A DNA stretch of 38,195 bases, from NCBI RefSeq assembly GCF_018977255.1, contig NW_024705511.1:1-38195 (forward strand). The letters are read 5' to 3'. The stretch comes from Callorhinchus milii (taxonomy: Eukaryota). The position numbers and the translations under genes were made by a program. Positions 11,576 to 21,809 of the stretch are shown here, piece after piece (position 1 is the first letter of the stretch; the number at the start of each line of letters is the position of its first letter). The notes beneath the pieces were generated by a model. The model had not been told where the DNA came from. It saw only the letters and a program-made list of their open reading frames with translations, and searched no databases.

Positions 11576-11706
11576 TGACATCCCTCATTCCTGTTCTTAC
11601 CTTGCGGTGATTTGATGCAGATGGTGCCCTCTGAGGACAGCGCCCTCCACGTGGTACAAGATTCGCCCTTATTCCTCGCCTCTCCAGATTGGCTCATCTA
11701 CACGCA

Positions 11707-11775
11707 CACAAAGACAAAGGTCCACCACATAGGCTTTAGCAAGATGTGGGGGATAGTGCAAGCGGCGAGCACTGA
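11707..11775 (-). repeat. Diverged copy of the (TCTTTG)n-tailed dispersed repeat
   Basis: ACAAAGACAAAG..ATAGGCTTTAGCA..TGTGGGG..GCGAGCAC resembles the reverse complement of about 34236-34303. Confidence 0.55.
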
Positions 11776-11929
11776 GCCAGGATCTCTGAGATCCTGGGCT
11801 CCACATTCAGGAGGGTCCTGCTGAGATGTCAGTTCTCAGCGTTCGGATATTTGGCCAATGTCAGATGTCACACTTGGATTAACAATGAGACACGTGTGTA
11901 TTTAAAGGACACACGCAGATTAATGGCAT

Positions 11930-12560
11930 CCTTCAAACTGTTAAGAGAAGTAGGGCTGGGCCAGGACATGCCACGACCACGAGGAACAACGATGGCTGAT
12001 GGTCAAGAACAATAACGGAGGTGCAGCCAAGTATCGGAACACGTCTGAGAGGACGGCTGCTAGAAAGATGGAGCGACAAAATCGGTGCTTGGTGGATTAT
12101 TCCATCGCAGGATCGTGAGGGGTAGCAGGGTCTCAAGGAAGGAGGCCTTTATCCAGTAGTGGATAGATAAAAGTACAGTAGATTATTAAAACGTAGAAAG
12201 GCAGGTACACAGAGAGGATCTTGGGGAGATACTCTGATAGATGCACACACACTCAGGCAGCCAAGCAGATGCACACTTAGGTGTATGGATAGGTGACAGG
12301 TAGCCACACGCGGAGTGGAGAGCACACGTCCATTAATACTTCACCACACGAGTCGAAGAGCCACACGTACCTCCATGGTGGCAACTTGCAGAGCAGGGTG
12401 CACAGAACTAACAGCGTCTCTCGCGCAGTCCAGGTCTCTGCGTGCGAAGCAGGAGACGAAGCCGAGGATCACATAGAGTCGAGGGGGTGTGACGGCACCC
12501 ACATCTCAACACGAGTCAAGTCACAATGCGGACGCACACCATGAACCCACATCATCAACA
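11930..12560 (-). mobile_element. Possible heavily decayed CR1/L2 LINE RT C-terminal remnant
   Basis: Frameshift-tolerant manual translation of the minus strand gives LIIYCTFIYPLLD..ME..RFCRSI, resembling the CR1/L2 LY..FIRP.LEY..LE.IQ.RF.R.I block. Many disruptions. Confidence 0.3.
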
Positions 12561-12582
12561 CAATCACTCACAACACGAAACA

Positions 12583-13163
12583 CAAAAACAACAACCGACA
12601 TTCGCCACTAAGTAGCGATGATGTCACCACGGCGCCTGTGCCAGGCCAGGTGCACTTTCAGGCCACGCGAAGTGTCGAAGGCTCGCTGACAAGACGTCAC
12701 GGGACAGACCCAGGTTCCAAAGGTTGGCTGAGATGCTTGGTAGATACACCAGCTGTATGCCCAACTGTGCCAACTTGCCGAATTTTATCCGCCACTCGTT
12801 GTGAGCGTCACTCCTCTGCCCTCAGTTGTTGTTGGAGGCAGTCTGCCTCCAACTGTCCAGTAGCCTCCTTCACGAGCTTCCTCGTGAAGGATGCTATTTA
12901 CACCGCTGGTACCAGTCTTTCACAAGTCCACTCAACTCAACATCCTCCCATACAGCATCAGTCCATATTTTCGACAGCCCATGTCGTGGCCGTTTAGCCC
13001 CCTTTATGCGGCCAAAAAGAAACGCTTGGGTATGCGGGCTACAAGACCCAGCCAACGCAGCCTTGCCTGCCGGAGGAGCTTACTGGTGGGAATGTGTCCA
13101 GATCCTTCAAGGATTTGTGAGCTCCTCACACAATCCAGCTAGGTTAAACCCAGGATGGATCGT
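12583..13163 (-). mobile_element. RTE-clade LINE 3' fragment, second diverged copy
   Basis: Colinear with 5573-6200 from ACAACAACCGACATTCGCCACTAAGT to CAGGATGGATCGT. Confidence 0.8.
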
Positions 13164-13165
13164 TG

Positions 13166-13395
13166 GAACCACCACAGACACCACCACCAACACCACTAAC
13201 ACCATCAACATCACCACCAACAACACCAGTACCACCACCAACAAGAATATCACCATCATCAACACCGTCACCAGCACCACCAACAACACCAACAGCACCA
13301 CCACCAACACACCAACAACACCAACAGCACCACCATCAACACCACAACACCACCATCAACACCACCACAACACTACCACCAACCACACGAACATC
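13166..13395. repeat. (CAC/CAA)n trinucleotide low-complexity tract
   Basis: Direct inspection. Confidence 0.9.
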
Positions 13396-13510
13396 AAAGA
13401 TAAAGATCCCCCTTATAGCTGAAATAAACTGTTGGGGCAAGTGCTGTTAGCCAGCATCACCTATGAAGGCCGGAACAGCACACGAGGGCGTGGGTGGCCA
13501 ACACCGCGCC
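13394..13510 (-). repeat. Dispersed SINE/LINE 3'-end family copy
   Basis: AAAGATAAAGATCCCCC..CTGTTGGGGCAAGTGCTGTTAGC..GAAGGCC..GCACACGAGGG is the reverse-complement match to about 34185-34303. Confidence 0.75.
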
Positions 13511-13879
13511 TTTGTCTCCGAGTGGCGATATTTACACACCACACCAGGTACTCATTTGAGGCTGAGTCGACCTAGGGGAGGCCCAGGACCGGTTCATATA
13601 ATCGTCACTGGTGTTGACAGCGCGTTAACCACTCCACACACACACAGACTCACACACGGATACAAACACACACGGACTCACACAAACACAGACTCACACC
13701 ACACACACAGACTCGCACCACCGCACCACCCACCCACAGCGAGGATCCACTCCTCACCTTCGCCAGAGTTTCTCCCCGCCTCTCTAACGGACCAACTGCC
13801 AGGGGGAAGCGCGTGGCTCGAGACGAGGGGGCGGTACCAGGTGACCACGCCCACCGAGACGTGGAGCCCTGAGCCCCTC

Positions 13880-14073
13880 ACCCGAGCCCCCCCCCCCCCC
13901 TCGCCCCGCCCCCTCTCCCCGCCCCTCCCCCGCCGAGGCTGGGGCGAGTGGAGGCAGCGCTGTGCATTGTGGGTGGCGAGCGGCTGATTCGGATTCCCGC
14001 TCGCGGCCACCGTCGCTGCTGAAGCGGCGGCTCGCTGGCTGGTCCTCCTCTACATCGACTCAGCCCGAACAAG
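13880..14073 (+). promoter_or_regulatory. GC-box/CpG-rich promoter-like region and putative non-coding first exon
   Basis: Repeated CCCCGCCCC boxes at about 13900-13932, high CpG density, and a donor AAG|GTGAGA at 14073/14074. Confidence 0.4.
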
Positions 14074-14356
14074 GTGAGAACCTTGCACAGTGTGGACACA
14101 TCAGCAGTGGCGGTGGTGGAGAGGGGAGGCAGAGGAGGCGCCTGGCTCACAGCCGTTACGCTCTGGGCGCCTGCTGAGTTCACGGCGCTGCTCCAAGCAG
14201 AGCGCGGCCCTGCTGCTGATGATGATGAGGAGAGGCACTGCCAGATTGTGGCTGATGGGATGAGTTACATTTAGTTCTTTTGTATCTGGAGGGACGGAGT
14301 TGTTGTCGTGGCAGAAATGGCCTCCACTAGAGGCCGCGATGTGGAGTATTTGGTCT

Positions 14357-14499
14357 CTGCAAGCCATCTGGCTATCATGAGAGATTCGTTCATGAGGCGA
14401 TCCACATATACAAACACAGAGACAATTTTAACCGAGAAGATGGATTCTGGCTTAGCAATCATTGGAAAGGACGTAATAAACCATTTCGATACACATTAG
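14357..14499 (+). pseudogene. C-terminal remnant of the PLE-A ORF (GIY-YIG end)
   Basis: Near-identical to about 17400-17542, with a 1-nt deletion. Confidence 0.9.
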
Positions 14500-15022
14500 G
14501 GTGGGTAGAATAATACATAGTGTTATATTAAAATGTATAAGGTATAGGTTGGTTTACAGCAATATAGTATATAATCTAATGTTGGGTTTATCTATGGCAG
14601 TATATAGTACGGTATATGCTCGTGTGATGTAAGAGAATAAAGTTTAGATGGAAGCATATTATATAATTTTTACGACGTAGAATTGTAATGTATTACTTGC
14701 TGTTAGTAACTCAGCTTATTGTAGAGTATAGTAAGTATACTGATGGTGCTATGCAGTTTATACTTTAGTTTTTTATGTAGTTTAAACTTTAGTTTTCTAC
14801 GTGGTTGTTGAGTAACTGCAGCTACATATCATTAACATTCCTTTCCTTTGTTACTGCTAATCCCTGCACCCCCCTTGGTGCTGCTGATCCTGCATAATGC
14901 ATGGGCATAATATGACTTTGAAACCCCCCGCCCAACTCCTACGCATTTTCCATGAATATGCTAAATTCCTCTTCATATGCACATTCTTTTTGTTAAGGCG
15001 CTCTTCCACCTCCAACGCAGCT

Positions 15023-15031
15023 TATATATAA
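15023..15031 (+). promoter_or_regulatory. TATA box of the PLE-A pLTR (repeated in the other two pLTRs)
   Basis: TATATATAA lies about 30 nt upstream of TCATTC (Inr-like) and the ribozyme. Confidence 0.6.
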
Positions 15032-15053
15032 GCTCCTAGCTTGGTAGTGTCTC

Positions 15054-15105
15054 ATTCTTCACCTGAAGACGGCTGCTTGCGTTGTAGCCGAAACGTCGTG
15101 AGAAT
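15054..15105 (+). ncRNA. Minimal type I hammerhead ribozyme (PLE-A pLTR 1)
   Basis: Stem I ATTCTTCAC/GTGAGAAT, core CTGAAGA, stem II GGCTGC/GTAGCC, GAAAC, palindromic ACGT helix III, and GTC cleavage triplet at 15095-15097. Confidence 0.9.
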
Positions 15106-15179
15106 TGTTTTATTTGTTATGTTTTATTTTATTATTTTATTACTTCCCTTCTACGTGACTTTACCGAAAGAACAAGAAG

Positions 15180-17542
15180 ATGAATCCCTGCAGTCACGAA
15201 AGCTTTAAATCGAAATTTAACCGCCTCTACGGGGAGGGTTTCCACATAACTTTGAGATCCTTCAACAAGCTCCGGGATAAGAAGGCTCAGCTAATCGAGT
15301 CTCTCACCTTTCTGAAGAGATGCCGCGACTCTAAGGTAATACCAAACGCATTTACACTAACATCTGCTGCTGTAACTTCTTCTAATGCGAAACGAATTCT
15401 GTCTAGAACTAGCTTAGCTCTTATCTCAGAGAAAATCAGACTTACGCGCACCGAACTAGATCAGTTAGACAAGACACTCTACAAATCACACTTATCTTTG
15501 AGTGCAACAATGTCCACATCGGATTGGGAACATGTGGAAAAAATGACTGCCTCTTCAGCTGCCGCTATGTCGACTAAATGTAAGGACAACTTGATTTCCA
15601 AATTCAACCGCCTCTCAAACAAGAAACCGGACCCACACATTGAAAAGCTAGATGTTAACAAAGTCGTAATTAATCGCAGTAACAGTTCTATTTCTGAAGG
15701 TTGAAATCCGTTTTAGCTAAAGGACTAAACTTTGCAGTCACACCTAGACACATACCAGTTAATGATATAATTGCTCGAGTAGATGTAGCTCTCAAGGGCT
15801 TGAGTCACATCGCTGCAGACGTAGCAAGATCTGAAATCTCTGTAACCCTCAAAAACGCTAAGATGCCAGCTAGCAACATCAGCAAAGATGAGCGTTTTGA
15901 ATTAGCTCAATTAAAAAAGAGGGATGACATTGTCATCCTCTCAGCCGACAAAGGCAATGCCACTGTCATCATGGACAAAATAGAATACAACAACAAAATT
16001 CAAGAACTACTCAACGATGGCAGCTATACAAAAATAAAAAGAGACCCCACCAACAGCCTCGTCCAAAACCAACAAAATCATTTCTGCTTCAACCGCATTA
16101 TTGATCAGACCAAACAGTTCTCGTTGAAACCTTCTGCAGCCAGGCCACCAAGATTATACGGCTTGCCAAAGATACATAAAGAAGATACACCTCTTCGTCC
16201 CATTGTCTCTACTATCAACTCCCCCACTTATAAACTGGCTCGTTTTTTGTCTGAAATCCTACGGCCTTTCACTGGAAAAACCACCTCTGCAGTACTAAAC
16301 TCTACTGACCTGGTATCGACAATCAAGGGGATTGCCCTGTCCCCAGACGACCTGCTTGTCAGTTTTGATGTGGTTTCCTTGTTCACCAAGGTTCCTGTGC
16401 CTGACACCATCGCAATCATTGAAGACTTGGTTCATCAGGACTGAATGCTGGGGTACCCCCCTGGTGAGACACTGCTTAACCAATACATACTTCACCTGGA
16501 ATGAAACTTTCTACAAGCAAATTGAGGGCACCCCAATGGGCTCCCCCCTATCTCCGGTTGTAGCCAACATCTTCATGGAGAAATTTGAGACGGACGCCAT
16601 CCAGACTGCCACTCTACGCCCGACCTTATGGAAGAGGTACGTAGACGACACTTTTGTCATCTGGCCACATGGCCGGCCTGCTCTAGACCAATTTCTCGAC
16701 CACATCAATTCCATACACCCAGCCATCAGATTCACCATGGAAGTCGAAAATGATGGCAAGCTACCCTTTTTGGATGTCCTAATCAAAAGGAGACCTGATG
16801 GTTCAATGAGCCACTCTGTCTACAGGAAAGCCACCCATACGGATGCTTATCTAAAACCGGATTCCCACCACCATCCATCCCAGAAGAATTCCCTCATCAA
16901 GACTCTATATCATAGAGCCCAATGCATCTCCGACCATGAACACATTTCCAGTGAACTCAAACACGTACGCCAAGCTCTTAAGGCTAATGGTTACTCCGAC
17001 TACACAATCCGCAAAGCCATCACTCCAACCATCAAGAAGGATCCTGTTGAGGAGCCTTTCAAGACCATCACCTTACCCTACATTGCTGGGGTCACAAAAA
17101 AGATCTCCAAAATCCTGATTAAACACAAGATCCAGGTCCGATTCAACACAGTACATAAAATCCGTGATCTGGTACCGTCTGTAAAAGATGTGGTTCCAGA
17201 CATACAGTACCCTGGCGTCTACAAACTAAGTTTCCTCTGTGGTAGCAGTTACATTGGGAAACCAAACGACATGTCTCGGACCGCATCCGTGAACATAAAG
17301 CTGACCTGAAACACGGTAGGACAAACACCTCAGCCGTGGCAGATCACTGGTACAACTCAGTGGGCTCACATGATATTGACTTCTCCAAGACAGAGGTTCT
17401 CTGCAAGCCATCTGGCTATCATGAGAGATTCGTTCATGAGGCGATCCACATATACAAACACAGAGACAATTTTAACCGAGAAGATGGATTCTGGCTTAGC
17501 AATCATTGGAAGGACGTAATAAACCATTTCGATACACATTAG
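15180..17542 (+). pseudogene. PLE-A reverse transcriptase plus GIY-YIG endonuclease ORF, unit 1 (frameshifted)
   Basis: Pieces 15180..15704, 15701..16444, 16332..17309 and 17336..17542 carry LAKGLNF, ADKG, YGLPKIHK, LRPIVS, SFDVVSLFT, GTPMGSPLSP, YVDD, LPFLDV, GVY..YIG and FNREDG. Confidence 0.93.
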
Positions 17543-17731
17543 GTGGGTAGAATAATACATAGTGTTATATTAAAATGTATAAGGTATAGGTTGGTTTACA
17601 GCAATATAGTATATAATCTAATGTTGGGTTTATCTATGGCAGTATATAGTACGGTATATGCTCGTGTGATGTAAGAGAATGAAGTTTAGTGGAAGCATAT
17701 TATAATTTTTACGACGTAGAATTGTAATGTA

Positions 17732-17882
17732 TGAACTATTTGTCTTTGTCAACGTGACACATTTTTACTGATTGGCCGTGTCGGGTGGTGGAGGGTTACG
17801 ACACATTTATAAATAAACGCGATCTAAACCCAAAAACGTTGATTTATGAATAACATTGGTCGCGAAAGCCTACGTGTTAAAC
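17732..17882 (+). mobile_element. About 150-bp 5'-truncated PLE-B pLTR end inserted in the middle PLE-A pLTR
   Basis: Absent from the other two pLTRs, which read AATGTATTACTTG. Near-identical to 32575-32693 and runs on into ATG AAT AAC ATT GGT CGC GAA AGC (MNNIGRES). Has a 2-3 bp TA(T) duplication. Confidence 0.85.
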
Positions 17883-18243
17883 TATTACTTGCTGTTAGTA
17901 ACTCAGCTTATTGTAGAGTATAGTAAGTATACTGATGGTGCTATGCAGTTTATACTTTAGTTTTTTATGTAGTTTAAACTTTAGTTTTCTACGTGGTTGT
18001 TGAGTAACTGCAGCTACATATCATTAACATTCCTTTCCTTTGTTACTGCTAATCCCTGCACCCCCCTTGGTGCTGCTGATCCTGCATAATGCATGGGCAT
18101 AATATGACTTTGAACCCCCCGCCCAACTCCTACGCATTTTCCATGAATATGCTAAATTCCTCTTCATATGCACATTCTTTTTGTTAAGGCGCTCTTCACC
18201 TCCAACGCAGCTTATATATAAGCTCCTAGCTTGGTAGTGTCTC

Positions 18244-18295
18244 ATTCTTCACCTGAAGACGGCTGCTTGCGTTGTAGCCGAAACGTCGTGAGAAT
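18244..18295 (+). ncRNA. Minimal type I hammerhead ribozyme (PLE-A pLTR 2)
   Basis: Identical motif to 15054-15105. Confidence 0.9.
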
Positions 18296-18370
18296 TATTT
18301 TATTTTTTATGTTTTAGTTTTATTATTTTATTACTTCCCTTCTACGTGACTTTACCGAAAGAACAAGAAG

Positions 18371-20732
18371 ATGAATCCCTGCAGTCACGAAAGCTTTAAA
18401 TCGAAATTTAACCGCCTCTACGGGGAGGGTTTCCACATAACTTTGAGATCCTTCAACAAGCTCCGTGATAAGAAGGCTCAGCTAATTGAGTCTCTCACCT
18501 TTCTGAAGAGATGCCGCGACTCTAAGGTAATACCAAACGCATTTACACTAACATCTGCTGCTGTAACTTCTTCTAATGCGAAACGAATTCTGTCTAGAAC
18601 TAGCTTAGCTCTTATCTGAGAGAAAATCAGACTTACGCGCACCGAACTAGATCAGTTAGACAAGACACTCTACAAATCACACTTATCTTTGAGTGCAACA
18701 ATGTCCACATCGGATTGGGAACATGTAGAAAAAATGACTGCCTCTTCAGCTGCCGCTATGTCGACTAAATGTAAGGACAACTTGATTTCCAAATTCAACC
18801 GCCTCTCAAACAAGAAACCGGACCCACACATTGAAAAGCTAGATGTTAACAAAGTCGTAATTAATCGCAGTAACAGTCTATTTCTGAAGGTCTGAAATCC
18901 GTTTTAGCTAAAGGACTAAACTTTGCAGTCACACCTAGACACATACCAGTTAATGATATAATTGCTCGAGTAGATGTAGCTCTCAAGGGCTTGAGTCACA
19001 TCGCTGCAGACGTAGCAAGATCTGAAATCTCTGCAACCCTCAAAAACGCTAAGATGCCAGCTAGCAACATCAGCAAAGATGAGCGTTTTGAATTAGCTCA
19101 ATTAAAAAAGAGGGATGACATTGTTATCCTCTCAGCCGACAAAGGCAATGCCACTGTCATCATGGACAAAATAGAATACAACAACAAAATTCAAGAACTA
19201 CTCAACGATGGCAGCTATACAAAAATAAAAAGAGACCCCACCAACAGCCTCGTCACTAAAACCAACAAAATCATTTCTGATTCAACCGCATTATTTATCA
19301 GACCAAACAGTTCTCGTTGAAACCTTCTGCAGCCAGGCCACCAAGATTATACGGCTTGCCAAAGATACATAAAGAAGATACACCTCTTCGTCCCATTGTC
19401 TCTACTATCAACTCCCCCACCTATAAATTGGCTCGTTTTTTGTCTGAAATCCTACGGCCTTTCACTGGAAAAACCACCTCTGCAGTACTAAACTCTACTG
19501 ACCTGGTATCGACAATCAAGGGGATTGCCCTGTCCCCAGACGACCTGCTTGTCAGTTTTGATGTGGTTTCCTTATTCACCAAGGTTCCTGTACCTGAAAC
19601 CATCGCAATCATTGAAGACTTGGTTCATCATGGACTGAATGCTGGGGTACCCCCCTGGTGAGACACTGCTTAACCAATACATACTTCACCTGGAATGAAC
19701 TTTCTACAAGCAAACTGAGGGCACCCCAATGGGCTCCCCCCTATCTCCGGTTGTAGCCAACATCTTCATGGAGAAATTTGAGACGGACGCCATCCAGACT
19801 GCCACTCTACGCCCGACCTTATGGAAGAGGTACGTAGACGACACTTTTGTCATCTGGCCACATGGCGGCTGCTCTAGACCAATTTCTCGATCACATCAAT
19901 TCCATACACCCAGCCATCAGATTCACCATGGAAGTCGAAAATGATGGCAAGCTACCCTTTTTGGATGTCCTAATCAAAAGGAGACCTGATGGTTCAATGA
20001 GCCACTCTGTCTACAGGAAAGCCACCCATACGGATGCTTATCTAAAACCGGATTCCCACCACCATCCATCCCAGAAGAATTCCCTCATCAAGACTCTATA
20101 TCATAGAGCCCAATGCATCTCCGACCATGAACACATTGCCAGTGAACTCAAACACGTACGCCAAGCTCTTAAGGCTAATGGTTACTCCTACTACAATCCG
20201 CAAAGCCATCACTCCAACCATCAAGAAGGATCCTGTTGAGGAGCCTTTCAAGACCATCACCTTACCCTACATTGCTGGGGTCACAAAAAAGATCTCCAAA
20301 ATCCTGATTAAACACAAGATCCAGGTCCGATTCAACACAGTACATAAAATCCGTGATCTGGTACCGTCTGTAAAAGATGTGGTTCCAGACATACAGTACC
20401 CTGGCGTCTACAAACTAAGTTGCCTCTGTGGTAGCAGTTACATTGGGGAAACCAAACGACATGTCTCGGACCGCATCCGTGAACATAAAGCTGACCTGAA
20501 ACACGGTAGGACAAACACCTCAGCCGTGGCAGATCACTGTTACAACTCAGTGGGCTCACATGATATTGACTTCTCCAAGACAGAGGTTCTCTGCAAGCCA
20601 TCTGGCTATCATGAGAGATTCGTTCATGAGGCGATCCACATATACAAACACAGAGACAATTTTAACCGAGAAGATGGATTCTGGCTTAGCAATCATTGGA
20701 AGGACGTAATAAACCATTTCGATACACATTAG
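18371..20732 (+). pseudogene. PLE-A RT plus GIY-YIG ORF, unit 2 (one stop, several frameshifts)
   Basis: Near-identical to unit 1. TCA>TGA at 18617-18619. Intact GVYKLSCLCGSSYIGETKR..REH in ORF 20127..20732. Confidence 0.93.
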
Positions 20733-21281
20733 GGTGGTAGAATAATACATAGTGTTATATTAAATGTATAAGTATAGGTTGGTTTACAGCAATATAGTAT
20801 ATAATTAATGTTGGGTTTATCTATGGCAGTATATAGTACGGTATATGCTCGTGTGATGTAAGAGAATAAGTTTAGATGGAAGCATATTATATAATTTTTA
20901 CGACGTAGAATTGTAATGTATTACTTGCTGTTAGTAACTCAGCTTATTGTAGAGTATAGTAAGTATACTGATGGTGCTATGCAGTTTATACTTTAGTTTT
21001 TTATGTAGTTTATACTTTAGTTTTCTACGTGGTTGTTGAGTAACTGCAGCTACATATCATTAACATTCCTTTCCTTTGTTACTGCTAATCCCTGCACCCC
21101 CCTTGGTGCTGCTGATCCTGCATAATGCATGGGCATAATATGACTTTGAAACCCCCCCGCCCAACTCCTACGCATTTTCCATGAATATGCTAAATTCCTC
21201 TTCACATGCACATTCTTTTTGTTAAGGCGCTCTTCCACCCCAACGCAGCTTATATATAAGCTCCTAGTTTGGTAGTGTCTC

Positions 21282-21333
21282 ATTCTTCACCTGAAGACGG
21301 CTGCTTGCGTTGTAGCCGAAACGTCGTGAGAAT
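21282..21333 (+). ncRNA. Minimal type I hammerhead ribozyme (PLE-A pLTR 3)
   Basis: Identical motif to 15054-15105. Confidence 0.9.
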
Positions 21334-21554
21334 TATTTTATTTTTTATGTTTTATTTTTATTATTTTATTACTTCCCTTCTACGTGACTTTACCGAAAGA
21401 ACCAAGAAGATATTTGGTCTACTCTTCCACGCTGGTCCAGACCCGTTGGAGCGAGGTGGGTGTACCCACAACTTTACCCTCCACGCGGGGGGCGTCAGCT
21501 CACTGCACTTGCAATGCAGAGGTGCAGGTTCGAGTCCATTTCACACTCACCCCG

Positions 21555-21809
21555 ACTATATGCTGCCATAGACAAACCCAGCGTTAAATTATATACTGTA
21601 TTACTATACACCACCCTATACCTTAGAATAATACATAGTGTAATATTACACTATGTATTATTCTATCCACCCTACTGTATATCACACTGCTGTATATTCA
21701 CTATACAATTACGATACTATATATTGCCTTATACATTGTATTAAACATTACAATTTTATACTATTTATTATTATACAATCTGCTATACACTATACCATTG
21801 ACCGTCGAG
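21555..21809 (-). repeat. Inverted copy of the PLE-C (PLE-A-related) UTR segment 33042-33296
   Basis: 255-bp reverse-complement match. ORFs 21653..21970(+) and 32953..33198(-) share a translation. Confidence 0.92.

Larger units (their letters stand above)
14357..21410 (+). mobile_element. Penelope-like element PLE-A (Penelope/Poseidon type), tandem array of one 5'-truncated and two full units
   Basis: Three copies of the ORF 3' end, AT-rich UTR and pLTR in direct orientation. The whole array is flanked by the exact 10-bp TSD TATTTGGTCT at 14347-14356 and 21411-21420. Confidence 0.95.

Noticed and set aside
12826..13987. Thr/His/Pro-rich ORFs
   Set aside because: They arise from (CAC/CAA)n and (CA)n tracts and from the antisense strand of the RTE fragment.
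14357..21410. LTR retrotransposon (direct terminal repeats)
   Set aside because: No gag/protease/integrase, PBS or TG..CA ends. The repeats are PLE pseudo-LTRs.
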